Positions 1 through 9,200 of a stretch of DNA of 51,994 nucleotides are shown one piece after another; positions within the stretch are counted from its first letter, which is position 1, and each line of letters opens with the position of its first letter. Position numbers and translations under genes: made by a program. A model generated the notes under the pieces. It had not been told where the DNA came from and searched no databases. It saw nothing but the letters and a program-made list of their open reading frames with translations. The stretch covers positions 1 to 51,994 of the forward strand of contig JASJCF010000012.1 in the NCBI GenBank assembly GCA_030066265.1. Direction: 5' to 3'. Source of the stretch: Acidimicrobiia bacterium (GTDB lineage: Bacteria > Actinomycetota > Acidimicrobiia > Spongiisociales > UBA5794).

Positions 1-6
1 TCAGCC

Positions 7-130
7 GGCCCCCTCTGGCTACCGCCATCTCCCCCACCGGAGGTGGGGGAGAGTCAGACAAGGCGTGCGAGCCGAAGCGGACTGCGCTGCCCCCTCTGTC
101 CCTCCGGGACATCTCCCCTACAGGGGGAGA
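7..130 (-). repeat. Two copies (7..52 and 86..130) of a ~45-nt double-hairpin repeat unit, in reverse-complement orientation relative to the copies at 51451..51550
   Basis: The reverse complement of 86..130 is TCTCCCCCTGTAGGGGAGATGTCCCGGAGGGACAGAGGGGGCAGC, nearly identical to 51506..51550. In 7..52 hairpin 1 is an 11-bp perfect stem (28..38 with 42..52) and hairpin 2 is degenerate. Both copies are followed by GGGGGAGAGTCAGA. Confidence 0.85.
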
Positions 131-136
131 GTCAGA

Positions 137-170
137 ACTCGAGACTCGAGACTCGGGACTCGAGACTGAG
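137..170. repeat. Tandem 7-mer array ACTCGAG x5 (degenerate). It is the reverse complement of the GAGTCTC array at 51390..51413.
   Basis: Read directly: actcgag actcgag actcggg actcgag actgag. It ends 2 nt before the hypE stop codon (173..175). Confidence 0.85.
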
Positions 171-172
171 AA

Positions 173-1243
173 TCAACAGATCCTCGGGAGTTGTTCTCCG
201 CTCAGCATGTCGACGACGCGGTTGCCGCCGATGCGGCTGCGGAGGAAGACCTTGCCCGGATGATCCTCGACGACCTCGCCGATGATCGCGGCGTGTTCTC
301 CGAGGGGGTGGGATCGCATCGCCGCAAGGACGGCCTCTGCGACATCGGGCCCGACGATCGCGATGCACTTGCCCTCGTTCGCGACGTAGAGGGGATCAAA
401 TCCGAGGATCTCGCATGCGGCCTTCACCTGGTCGTTCATCGGAATCTCCGACTCGTGGAGCCGAATGCCGAGTCGGCCGGCCTGGGCGATCTCGTTGGTT
501 GCGCTTGCGACTCCGCCCCGTGTGGGGTCTCGCAGCACGTGGACGTCGGGACCTCCTGCGGAGAGGATGGCGCCGACGAGCGACGACAGCGATGCGGTGT
601 CGGATTCCAGAGCCGTTTCGAACTCGAGGCCTTCGCGCACGGACATGATGGCGATGCCGTGGTCCGCGATGGTGCCGGAGACGATCACCACGTCGCCTGC
701 CTCCATGCGGTCGGGGCGGATGTCGACGCCGTCGGGGATCATGCCGAATCCGGTGGTGTTGATGAAGATCCCATCGCCCTTGCCACGATCGACCACCTTG
801 GTGTCCCCGGTGGCAACGGCCACACCCGCCTCGTCGGCGGCCTCCTTGACCGAGTTGACGATGCGCCACAGGTCTTCCATCGACAGCCCCTCTTCGATGA
901 CCATGCCGACCGTGATTGCCGTAGGGGTTGCTCCGCACATCGCAACGTCGTTGACGGTCCCGTGAACGGCGAGGCTGCCGATGTCGCCGCCCGGGAAGAA
1001 CAGCGGGCTGATCACGAAGGAGTCGGTCGACACGGCCATGCGGCCGGCATCGACGTCGATGACGGCACCGTCGTGGAGCGGGTCGAGCCACTCGTTGGAG
1101 AAGGTCGAGGCGAACATGTCCTCGATGAGCATCTGGGAGAGGCTCCCTCCTCCGCCATGGGCGAGCAGGACGTTCGGGTAGTCGCTGATGGGGATCGGGC
1201 AGGCTCCCAGGCCGGCGACGTCGACGGCTCCGTCGTCGGTCAT
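173..1243 (-). CDS. hypE: Hydrogenase maturation protein HypE (carbamoyl dehydratase)
   Basis: AIR-synthase-like sequence ending in the HypE-specific C-terminal PRIC motif. The start is moved to the internal ATG (MTDDGAV...), which overlaps the hypD stop by 4 bp (ATGA at 1240..1243). The longer ORF to 1510 would run through hypD. Confidence 0.9.
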   Translation of the reverse strand: MTDDGAVDVAGLGACPIPISDYPNVLLAHGGGGSLSQMLIEDMFASTFSNEWLDPLHDGAVIDVDAGRMAVSTDSFVISPLFFPGGDIGSLAVHGTVNDVAMCGATPTAITVGMVIEEGLSMEDLWRIVNSVKEAADEAGVAVATGDTKVVDRGKGDGIFINTTGFGMIPDGVDIRPDRMEAGDVVIVSGTIADHGIAIMSVREGLEFETALESDTASLSSLVGAILSAGGPDVHVLRDPTRGGVASATNEIAQAGRLGIRLHESEIPMNDQVKAACEILGFDPLYVANEGKCIAIVGPDVAEAVLAAMRSHPLGEHAAIIGEVVEDHPGKVFLRSRIGGNRVVDMLSGEQLPRIC

Positions 1244-2328
1244 CCGGCTCTCCCGTACTGGAAGTACGCCGCACAGGCACCTTCCGTCGACACCATCGGT
1301 GCCCCGAGCGGATGCTCCGGGGTGCATTCGGTGCCGAATGCGGGGCAATCGTGCGGCTTCTTCAATCCCCGCATGATCTCGCCGGCGATGCAGATCTCGT
1401 TCTCCGGTGGTGCGATGGCCTCGACGTCGAACTTCCTCGTCGCATCGAACGCCGCATAAGCCGGCTGGAGGTCGTAGCCGGACTGGGGGATGACACCGAT
1501 CCCGCGCCACGGACGGTCGACCACCTGGAACACTTCACCCAGCAGCTTCTGTGCCGGTTCGTTGCCCTCGTAGGTCACGGCGCGCGAATACTGGTTCTCG
1601 ACCCCGAAGCGGCCTTCCTCGAGGGCCTTCACCGTCATGTAGGTGCCCTGCAGGAGGTCGAGCGGTTCGAAGCCGGTGACGACGACCGGCGTGTGGTACT
1701 TGTCGGCGATCGGTCCGTACTCCCAGTACCCCATGACGGCACAGACGTGACCGGCCGCGAGGAATCCCTGCACGCGATTGTCACCGGCGCCCAGGATCGC
1801 CTCCATCGCCGGCGGGACGAGCACATGCGATGTCAGGATCGAGAAGTTGTCGAGGCCGAGCATTTCGGCTTGGCGAACCGCCATGGCGTTCGCCGGAGCC
1901 GTCGTCTCGAACCCGACGGCGAAGAAGACGACCTCTCGATCGGGGTTCGCCTGGGCGAGCCGGACGGCATCGAGCGGCGAGTACACCATGCGAACATCGC
2001 CACCTTGTGCCTTCACCGTCAGCAGATCGGCATCGGAGCCGGGTACCCGCAGCATGTCTCCGAAGCTCGTGAAGATGACTTCTGGGCGCCGGGCGATGGC
2101 GATCGCACGCTCGATCATCTCGAGCGGCGTGACGCAGACCGGGCAGCCCGGACCATGCACCAACTCGATCTCCTCGGGCAGCAGCTCGTCGATGCCGAAC
2201 TTGATGAAGGTGTGGGTCTGGCCGCCGCAGATCTCCATGATCGTCCACGGCTGCGTGACGGTCGAGGCGATGGCCTCGAGGTAGCGCTTGGCTTCGGCTT
2301 CGTCGCGGTACTCGTCGACGTACTTCAC
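1240..2328 (-). CDS. hypD: Hydrogenase maturation protein HypD
   Basis: MKYVDEYRD... N-terminus, the [10 protein letters not shown] motif, and full-length HypD-like sequence. It overlaps hypC and hypE by 4 bp each. Confidence 0.93.
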   Translation of the reverse strand: MKYVDEYRDEAEAKRYLEAIASTVTQPWTIMEICGGQTHTFIKFGIDELLPEEIELVHGPGCPVCVTPLEMIERAIAIARRPEVIFTSFGDMLRVPGSDADLLTVKAQGGDVRMVYSPLDAVRLAQANPDREVVFFAVGFETTAPANAMAVRQAEMLGLDNFSILTSHVLVPPAMEAILGAGDNRVQGFLAAGHVCAVMGYWEYGPIADKYHTPVVVTGFEPLDLLQGTYMTVKALEEGRFGVENQYSRAVTYEGNEPAQKLLGEVFQVVDRPWRGIGVIPQSGYDLQPAYAAFDATRKFDVEAIAPPENEICIAGEIMRGLKKPHDCPAFGTECTPEHPLGAPMVSTEGACAAYFQYGRAG

Positions 2329-2591
2329 GGGGACTCCGGTTGGGCGATCTCGAGCTCTGCGAGTTCGTCCATGGCCTCCAGGTACTCGAAGACCTGCTTC
2401 GCCTCGTCCTCATCCACCTTGCTGATGGCGAAGCCGACGTGCACGACGACGTAATCCCCGATCTCGACGTCCGGGACACACGACAGGCAGACGTCCTTGC
2501 CGATCCCACTGAACGAGACCTTGCCCATGAGGAGGCCGGTTTGCTCGTGCTCCCAGATCTTCGTCACTTGTCCCGGCACGCCGAGGCACAT
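2325..2591 (-). CDS. hypC: Hydrogenase assembly chaperone HypC/HupF
   Basis: 88 aa beginning MCLGVPGQV (the conserved N-terminal Cys motif of HypC). Confidence 0.92.
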   Translation of the reverse strand: MCLGVPGQVTKIWEHEQTGLLMGKVSFSGIGKDVCLSCVPDVEIGDYVVVHVGFAISKVDEDEAKQVFEYLEAMDELAELEIAQPESP

Positions 2592-2622
2592 GTGCTGGTC
2601 CTTTGTCCGATCCAGCGGGAGT

Positions 2623-4911
2623 CTATGCAGGCGTCGAGGCTTCGCCGGGAGTGTCGTGTCTGGCGGCAGCGACCATCACTTGCCCGAGGCTGATCCCGCC
2701 GTCGTTCGGGGGGACGCTTCGGTGCATGAGCACGTCGAAGCCCGACGACCGCAACCGCGAAGCGGCCCGCTCCGTGAGGAGGCGATTCTGGAAGCAGCCG
2801 CCGGTGAGTGCGACTCGGGGATGTTCGACACGCTCCGCAACCCCCACGATGGCGCCGACGAGAGCGTTGTGGAACTTCCCGGCGATGCGACCGGGCGTCA
2901 CCGAGACGGCGAGGTCGTCGACGATCGATCGGATGAGCGGTGCCCAGTCGACGACCCATGCCTCATCGGACCGAGTGATCGGAATCGCATAGCTCCCGTC
3001 TTCCAGGGTGTCGGCAACATGTTCGAGCGCCATGGCCGCGTGACCCTCGAAGGTGGAGACCTCGACGAGCCCGAGCATGGCGGAGACCGCATCGAAGAGG
3101 CGTCCTGCGCTCGTGGTGGTCGGGCTGTTGACCTGTTTCGCCATCATCTGATCCAGGATCCCCAACTCCGAACTCGCAAACGAGGCCAGTCCCGGGAGCG
3201 CCGGGTCGATGTCCAGTCCCGCCTCTCGGAGCACGGCTGCTGCGCTCCGTCGCGGTTCGCGTACGGCGGCTTCACCCCCTGGCAGGAGGAATGGGCGCAG
3301 GTGAGCAACACGCTCGAAGCTCGAGGCGTCTCCCAGCAGGAACTCACCTCCCCAGATGGAGCCGTCGAGTCCCCACCCCGTGCCGTCCCATGTGATGCCC
3401 AGAGCTGGCTCGTCCGTTCCGTTGTCCGCGAGGCACGATGCGAGGTGGGCATGGTGGTGCTGGACGGCGACCCGAGGCACATCGTCGAACCGTGACCTGT
3501 CCATCGCATACCGGGTCGACACGTAGTCGGGATGGGCGTCGTGGGCGACCATCGACGGTGTCGCCTCGTACATCCGCGTGAGGTCGTCGATCACCTGCGC
3601 GAACGCGGCTTCCGCTCTCGGAGTTTCGAGATCCCCGATGTGCTGGGAGATGAAGACGTTGGATCCCACCGACAGCGCAACCGTGTTCTTGAGGTGTGCT
3701 CCGGTCGCCAGGATGGTCGGGAGGGTGGTGGACGAAGCGATCGGCATCGGCGCGTAGCCCCTCGATCGCCGAACCAGCTGCGGAGCACCGTCGACCACCC
3801 AGGTGACGGAGTCGTCGATGTGCCGCTCGATCGGTCTGTCGTGGACGAGGAAGCTGTCGGCGATCTCCTCGAGACGTTCGATTGCGTCGGTGTCGTCGAT
3901 GGCGATGGGCTCGTCGGTGAGATTGCCCGATGTCGCCACGAGCGGGCGCGCCGCACCGGCTGCGATGAGGCGATGCAACGGTGTGGTCGGGAGCATGACC
4001 CCGATGGTGGAAGTGGGCGGTGACACCCCCTCGGCGAGGCCGCTGGTGGATCGCTCGGGGAGCAGGACGATCGGAGCGCTCGGCCCGGTGAGCAGGTGCT
4101 CGGCGCCGGTTCCGTCGACGACGCGGTCGAGTTCATCGAGGTCCTGGACCATCACGGCGAAGGGCTTCGCGGGTCGGTGCTTTCGCTCGCGGAGGGTGCC
4201 CACGGCCGTGGCGTTGGTGGCGTCCGCCAGCAGCTGGTACCCACCGAGACCCTTGAGCGCGACGATCCTGCCAGCGATCAGATCGCCGACTGTTGCCTCG
4301 ATTGCTCCGTCCCCCGTGGTCTCGTTGCCGGCTCCATCCAGGTGGGTGACAGCAGGCCCGCAGTCCTGGCAGGCATTGGGTTGAGCGTGGAAGCGCCGGT
4401 TGGAGGGGTCGTCGTATTCGTCCCGGCACGAACGGCACATCGTGAATGACGACATCGTCGTGTTCGGCCTGTCATATGGGAGTTCGCGAATGATCGAGAA
4501 CCGCGGCCCGCAGTTCGTGCAGTTCGTGAACGGATACCGGTGTCGACGGTCGGTTCGATTCTCGACGTCGGTGAGGCATTCGGCACATGTGGCGAGGTCG
4601 GGCAGGATGATGGCCGTCTTCGCCCCGCTGCCGTCGCTGTGTCGGATCTCGAATTCGTCGAACCCTCCGGGCTCGAGCCACTCGACGCTGAGGGTGTCGA
4701 TGTGCGCCACCGGCGGAACCTCAGCCTCGAGGCGGGCGACGAATCGCTGAACGTCCTCGACGTCACCCTCGACTTCCACGAAGACGCCGTTGACGTCGTT
4801 GAGCACCCAGCCCGTGAGGCCGATCTCGGTGGCGAGGCGGTACACGAATGGTCGAAATCCCACGCCCTGGACGGCTCCGTGGATCTCGATGGCGGCGCGT
4901 CGTGGACTCAC
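2623..4911 (-). CDS. hypF: Carbamoyltransferase HypF
   Basis: Acylphosphatase motif VQGVGFRPFVYRLA, paired CxxC zinc fingers (CAEC, CTNCGPRFSII, CRSC...CQDCGP), and YrdC-like and Kae1-like C-terminal regions. The start is uncertain. GTG at 4911 is chosen because the ORF maximum (5022) would overlap the divergent gene at 4983. Confidence 0.88.
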   Translation of the reverse strand: MSPRRAAIEIHGAVQGVGFRPFVYRLATEIGLTGWVLNDVNGVFVEVEGDVEDVQRFVARLEAEVPPVAHIDTLSVEWLEPGGFDEFEIRHSDGSGAKTAIILPDLATCAECLTDVENRTDRRHRYPFTNCTNCGPRFSIIRELPYDRPNTTMSSFTMCRSCRDEYDDPSNRRFHAQPNACQDCGPAVTHLDGAGNETTGDGAIEATVGDLIAGRIVALKGLGGYQLLADATNATAVGTLRERKHRPAKPFAVMVQDLDELDRVVDGTGAEHLLTGPSAPIVLLPERSTSGLAEGVSPPTSTIGVMLPTTPLHRLIAAGAARPLVATSGNLTDEPIAIDDTDAIERLEEIADSFLVHDRPIERHIDDSVTWVVDGAPQLVRRSRGYAPMPIASSTTLPTILATGAHLKNTVALSVGSNVFISQHIGDLETPRAEAAFAQVIDDLTRMYEATPSMVAHDAHPDYVSTRYAMDRSRFDDVPRVAVQHHHAHLASCLADNGTDEPALGITWDGTGWGLDGSIWGGEFLLGDASSFERVAHLRPFLLPGGEAAVREPRRSAAAVLREAGLDIDPALPGLASFASSELGILDQMMAKQVNSPTTTSAGRLFDAVSAMLGLVEVSTFEGHAAMALEHVADTLEDGSYAIPITRSDEAWVVDWAPLIRSIVDDLAVSVTPGRIAGKFHNALVGAIVGVAERVEHPRVALTGGCFQNRLLTERAASRLRSSGFDVLMHRSVPPNDGGISLGQVMVAAARHDTPGEASTPA

Positions 4912-4982
4912 GGGCAGATGGTAGGAGGTGCTCGCAAGGCCCCCGCAGCAGATCGACGTCCCGCCGGGACTAGCGTGACCGG

Positions 4983-6200
4983 ATGCTCGATGTCCCCGCG
5001 ATCCGCACCGGATTCCCCGCACTGACCCGCGAGGTGGACGGCCGGCCGGCTGCGTACCTCGACGGGCCCGGTGGCACGCAGGTGCACCGATCGGTCATCG
5101 AAGCCATGGACGGCTTCATGAGGCGGGGCGGCAGCAACCACCACGGTGCGTTCATCACATCCCAAGAGACCGATCAGCTCGTCGAGGATGCCCGAGCAGC
5201 CGTCGCGGACTTGTACGGTGCCGACCCGCACGAGATCGTGTTCGGCCAGAACATGACCTCGCTCACGTACGCCCTGTCGCGCGCACTGGGCCGGACGTGG
5301 CGTCCCGGTGACAACATCATCGTCACTCGGTTGGACCACGATGCGAACGTTGCACCGTGGGCGCAGGCCGCCGCCGATGCCGGCGTCGAGGTCCGGTTCG
5401 TCGACTTCGACCCCGACGGTGGATGTGCCCTGGACCTCGGGACGCTGGACGCATCACTCGACAACCGGACGAGGCTCGTGGCGTTCACGCACGCATCCAA
5501 CGCCGTCGGCACCATCACACCGGTGCTCGAGATCGTCGCTGCCGCGCACAGCGTCGGTGCGCTGACCTACGTGGACGCCGTCCATTACGCACCGCACGGG
5601 CTCATCGACGTCAGGCAATCGGGTACCGACTTCCTCGTGTCATCCGCCTACAAGTGGTTCGGACCCCATACGGGCTGCCTCTACGGGCGGAGCGAGCTCC
5701 TCGAGGGCATCGAGCCGTACAAGCTCCGCCCGGCGCCCGACACCGCCCCCGATCGCTGGGAAACCGGGACCCAGTCCTTCGAATCGATCGCCGGCGTCCT
5801 CGCAGCCGTCGACTACCTGGCTTCGCTCGGTCGGGGTGGCGACCGTCGATCCCGACTCGCAGATGCGTACCGCCGGATCATCGAACACGAGCAGTCGCTG
5901 TCCGACCGTTTCCTGGCCCGACTCGCCGAGATGCCCGATGTCCGGCTGGCGGGACGCCGGGGATCAGACGGCCGGACCCCGACGTTCGCCATCGAGGTGG
6001 ATGGTTTCGATCCCCGGTCGTTGAGCGCGGCTCTGGGCCAGCTGGGCATCTTCGTGTGGTCGGGCGACTACTACGCCTTCGAGGTCATGCGCCGGCTCGA
6101 CCGGGCCGAGCACGGCATGGTGCGCATCGGCTTCGTCCACTACAACACCGCAGATGAGGTCGATCGCGTCCTCGATGCCATCGAGCGGTTCGCTCGGTGA
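4983..6200 (+). CDS. Class-V aminotransferase, cysteine desulfurase-like protein
   Basis: Fold-type I PLP enzyme resembling the SufS/Csd-like subfamily, with SSAYKWFGPHTG containing the putative PLP lysine. It is divergent from hypF and convergent with the heliorhodopsin (3-bp gap). Confidence 0.85.
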   Translation: MLDVPAIRTGFPALTREVDGRPAAYLDGPGGTQVHRSVIEAMDGFMRRGGSNHHGAFITSQETDQLVEDARAAVADLYGADPHEIVFGQNMTSLTYALSRALGRTWRPGDNIIVTRLDHDANVAPWAQAAADAGVEVRFVDFDPDGGCALDLGTLDASLDNRTRLVAFTHASNAVGTITPVLEIVAAAHSVGALTYVDAVHYAPHGLIDVRQSGTDFLVSSAYKWFGPHTGCLYGRSELLEGIEPYKLRPAPDTAPDRWETGTQSFESIAGVLAAVDYLASLGRGGDRRSRLADAYRRIIEHEQSLSDRFLARLAEMPDVRLAGRRGSDGRTPTFAIEVDGFDPRSLSAALGQLGIFVWSGDYYAFEVMRRLDRAEHGMVRIGFVHYNTADEVDRVLDAIERFAR

Positions 6201-6203
6201 CGC

Positions 6204-7004
6204 TCACACGGCGAGCGTGCCTCCGAAGATCTGCCACGCAAGCGCCGACTTCGCAGTCAGGCTGAGGAAGATGTACACGGACTCGCCGAACAGGTAGTTC
6301 TTCCAGCGCCCCACCTTGCGGTACTGCAGCACCATGTTGATGGCGAACGTGTTGAAGAAGATGAACAGCGAGATGAAAATGCCCCACACGAACCCGGGAG
6401 GCGAGCCGTCCGCCCCTGGGCCGAGCAAGTAGATGAAGATGGCGATCCACGGCACGGCACCGGTGATCACGCCGAACCAGTACGAGAGCCAGCTGGGGTT
6501 GCCAGGGATCTCGTACTTCTCCATGATCCAGCCGAACAGGATCATGGCTGCATTCACGCCGGCGATCGCGAGCAGCGCCGCAACATCGGAGATCCCGCTC
6601 AGCGAAGCGATCAGCACGACCATCAGCGACGAGCTGAACGAGTACTCGATCCACCGCGCGTAGTTCCGGTCACGCATGAGGTTCGCCTTGTACCAACCGA
6701 ATGCACCGAGGGACACCGTGAAGTGGGCGATCGCCGACATGAACAGGAACAGGGCCACGCCCCAGGCCACCGAGTAGCGGAACAGCTCCGTCAGCGTCGG
6801 ATCGGTGACTCCGGGTGGGCCGTCGAGAAAGGCGCCGGTGACCGGAAGCGAGAAGTCGTTCGCCAGGATCAGCACGATGATGCCTTGGATCGCATGCAGC
6901 GAACCCATCCCGATGTTGTACCAGCGCAGTCGCGTCCACTGGGATTCGGAGGTTGCCTCGACGACCGGATCAATCGGCTTCTGGAAGGTGGTTGTGGATG
7001 CCAT
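6204..7004 (-). CDS. Heliorhodopsin (retinal-binding 7-TM protein)
   Basis: Full-length by-eye match to the prototype heliorhodopsin 48C12 as I remember it: LANDFSLP, GPPG, RWIEYSFSSS, LLAIAGVNAAMILFGW, VPWI, PGFVWGIFISLF, SLTAKSALAWQIF. Schiff-base Lys K252 lies at 6249..6251 and counterion Glu E120 at 6645..6647. His37 and His94 are conserved. Confidence 0.9.
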   Translation of the reverse strand: MASTTTFQKPIDPVVEATSESQWTRLRWYNIGMGSLHAIQGIIVLILANDFSLPVTGAFLDGPPGVTDPTLTELFRYSVAWGVALFLFMSAIAHFTVSLGAFGWYKANLMRDRNYARWIEYSFSSSLMVVLIASLSGISDVAALLAIAGVNAAMILFGWIMEKYEIPGNPSWLSYWFGVITGAVPWIAIFIYLLGPGADGSPPGFVWGIFISLFIFFNTFAINMVLQYRKVGRWKNYLFGESVYIFLSLTAKSALAWQIFGGTLAV

Positions 7005-7063
7005 GGGATCACGCTACTCCGCACGTGAGCCTGTGGGGCATCGGCTTCGCGTAGCATGCGACC

Positions 7064-7381
7064 GTGCCTGCGTCACCGTCGATCGAACGTTCCGATTGGG
7101 ATTCCGTTGTCTCGTCGTTCGAGCACTTCTTCGCCGGCTTGGGGACGGTCGAGATCGGCGATGGGCGTGCGAGCTTCTCGGCCGAAGGCACCGGATTCGA
7201 ACTGGCTCGGGACGGCACCTCCCGGTCGTTCATGCCCCTTCACGACTCGTACCTCGTCTGGGATCGGGTCACGTTCGATGAGGGTGAGATGACGGTGGAC
7301 GTGACTGACGGTCGGTCCCGATACCGGTACCGAGTGCCTGAGACCCTGATTGCACGGCGGGGATCGCCAGAGCTACGGTGA
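7064..7381 (+). CDS. Hypothetical small soluble protein (105 aa), no family recognised
   Basis: GTG-initiated ORF. Its TGA stop overlaps the GTG start of the downstream SulP gene (GTGA at 7378..7381), which argues for real translation and coupling. No TM segment or signal peptide is apparent. Confidence 0.6.
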   Translation: MPASPSIERSDWDSVVSSFEHFFAGLGTVEIGDGRASFSAEGTGFELARDGTSRSFMPLHDSYLVWDRVTFDEGEMTVDVTDGRSRYRYRVPETLIARRGSPELR

Positions 7382-9084
7382 CCGATGTGACCACCGACAC
7401 CGAGCTCACAGGTTGGAGGCGTTTCGCACCCGGAATCGCCGGGCTCTCCTCGTACGAGCGCTCGTGGTTCCGGCCGGACATTCTCGCCGGTGCAACGGTG
7501 TGGGCCATGCTCGTACCGCAGGCGCTGGGGTATGCCTCCCTCGCGGGCATGCCCACCGTCTATGGGCTCTATGCAGCGATCGGTGGCCTTGCGCTGTACT
7601 GGATCTGGGGTACGAGCCGCGAGCTCAACGTGGGGCCGGAATCGACCGTGGCGATCATGGTCGCCACCATCCTCACGCCGCTTGCCGCCTCGGGGTCGGA
7701 GGAGTACCTCGCTCTGGCGGCGATGCTCGCCATCCTCGTCGGCCTGGTGTTGCTCGTTGGAGGCTTGCTCCGCCTCGGCCGCATCGCCGACTTCCTGTCC
7801 CGGCCCATCCTCGCCGGCTATGTGTTCGGGAGTGGACTCCTGATCGTGGTGAGCCAGCTGCCCGACCTGTTGGGCATCGACGTCGACTCGAGTTTGTATG
7901 CCACCGACATCGGAGCCATCGTCCGCAACCTCGACCAGACCGACGGCCTCACGTTGACGATCGGGCTTGCGACCATCCTCATCGTGGTGGGACTCCGCTC
8001 CGTGAACCGTGCGATACCGGGAGCCCTCGTCGCCGTGATCGTCGCGATGCTCGCGGTGTGGCTCTTCGATCTCGACGTCGAGGTCGTCGGCGAGTTCGCG
8101 TCCGGCGTGCCCATCCCCGGAGTCCCGGATGTGGGCATCTCCGATGTGGGCTCGCTCGTCTTGCCCGCTGTCGCCGTGGCTCTCCTCGTGTATCCCGACA
8201 GCGTGTTGACCGGCAGATCGCTGGCGACCCTGAAGGGGTACCGCCTCGATCCCAACCAGGAGTTCTATGGCATCGGCGCTGCGAACATCGGATCGGGATT
8301 GCTGGGTGGCTTCGCCGTCAACGGGAGCCAGTCCCGCAGCTACGTCCTCGCCGACGCCGGAGCCAAGAGCCAGGTCGCCAATCTCTGGGCCGTGGGGTTG
8401 ATCCTGTTGACCCTGCTGTTCCTCGCACCGGTGTTCGAGTATCTCCCGACCGCCGCTCTCGCCGGCATCGTGATCGTCGCCGGGTTCGGGCTGCTCGACG
8501 TATCTGACTTCCGGGCGCTGTGGAAATACCGGCGATCGGAGTTCTGGGCTGCGGTCTTCACCACAGCCGCCGTCTTGATCCTCGGCATGCTCGGCGGGAT
8601 CGTCGTCGCAGTCGTGCTCTCCCTCTTGGCGACGGCGCTTCGCTCGGCCTCTCCCTCGACAGCGGTGTTGGGGAGACTCCCGGGGACCAACACATACCGT
8701 GACATCGAAGATCATCCCGACGCCGAGACCTTCGAGGGCCTGGTCATCTACCGGTTCGACGCACCCCTCTTCTTCGCCAACTCCGGGACCTTCCGCGACG
8801 AAGTCACCGAGCTTGCTCTTGCGCCCGACGCCCATGTGACAAGGGTGATCGTCGATGCCGAGGCAATCTACGACATCGACTCGACGGCGGCGCAGGTGCT
8901 CCTCGAGCTCACCGACAACTTGGATGCCGAGCACGTCGAATTGGCGATGGCCCGAGTGAGGACGGAGATCGCCGATGAACTCGTGACCATCCGCTTCACC
9001 GAGCGCATCGTGGAAGGCGAGTTCTTTCTCGAAGTCGATGATGCGGTTCTCGCCTACCTCGCCACCCGGGCCGACGACGGGTGA
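7378..9084 (+). CDS. SulP-family anion transporter with C-terminal STAS domain
   Basis: 568 aa, polytopic, with a SulP-type N-terminal motif (AGxxVxxxLVPQALGYAxLAG) and a C-terminal STAS-like region (VIYRFDAPLFFAN). Confidence 0.9.
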   Translation: MTDVTTDTELTGWRRFAPGIAGLSSYERSWFRPDILAGATVWAMLVPQALGYASLAGMPTVYGLYAAIGGLALYWIWGTSRELNVGPESTVAIMVATILTPLAASGSEEYLALAAMLAILVGLVLLVGGLLRLGRIADFLSRPILAGYVFGSGLLIVVSQLPDLLGIDVDSSLYATDIGAIVRNLDQTDGLTLTIGLATILIVVGLRSVNRAIPGALVAVIVAMLAVWLFDLDVEVVGEFASGVPIPGVPDVGISDVGSLVLPAVAVALLVYPDSVLTGRSLATLKGYRLDPNQEFYGIGAANIGSGLLGGFAVNGSQSRSYVLADAGAKSQVANLWAVGLILLTLLFLAPVFEYLPTAALAGIVIVAGFGLLDVSDFRALWKYRRSEFWAAVFTTAAVLILGMLGGIVVAVVLSLLATALRSASPSTAVLGRLPGTNTYRDIEDHPDAETFEGLVIYRFDAPLFFANSGTFRDEVTELALAPDAHVTRVIVDAEAIYDIDSTAAQVLLELTDNLDAEHVELAMARVRTEIADELVTIRFTERIVEGEFFLEVDDAVLAYLATRADDG

Positions 9085-9200
9085 AGGGTGTTTCCGGGCT
9101 CTGAGTTCGACGGCGAACCATGACGGACGATGGTCCGATCACTCGGAGTCGATGCGATGTGGGCGTCCACCCGACGATTCCGGAGGACTCCGTGGCGAGT

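Noticed and set aside
173-4911. Missing hypA/hypB interpreted as a degenerate hydrogenase system
   Set aside because: All four hyp genes present look intact, with their motifs. The absent genes may simply lie beyond the left edge, so there is no evidence of decay.
4912-5022. N-terminal extensions given by the ORF track for several genes: hypF to 5022, hypE to 1510, Lon-N to 11188, lipoprotein from 11041, OTC to 29691, glgC to 41397, kbl to 46408, glgA from 38185, UPF0104 from 46204.
   Set aside because: The extensions overlap neighbouring genes, are Arg/Pro-rich, and precede the conserved N-terminal motifs. Internal starts with SD-like sequences or 4-bp stop/start overlaps fit better. Exact starts remain uncertain.
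6204-7004. Type-1 microbial rhodopsin (proteorhodopsin/actinorhodopsin-type proton pump)
   Set aside because: The sequence lacks the TM3 DTE/DTD-type pump motif context. Instead it matches heliorhodopsin-specific blocks (RWxEYSxSSS, SLxAKSALAWQIF) throughout.
7240-8934. Very long ORFs antisense to, or out of frame with, confidently assigned genes. Examples: 7240..8934(-), 14984..16057(-), 16085..17299(-), 18498..19844(-), 19234..20442(-), 26466..28541(+), 30901..32835(-), 32507..34426(-), 34749..36014(-), 36317..37807(-), 38284..39594(-), 46351..47874(-), 48930..51218(+).
   Set aside because: Their products are Arg/Gly/Asp/His/Pro-rich with no recognisable motifs, and each lies over a gene with clear family signatures. 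Long shadow ORFs are expected in GC-rich DNA because stop codons are rare.
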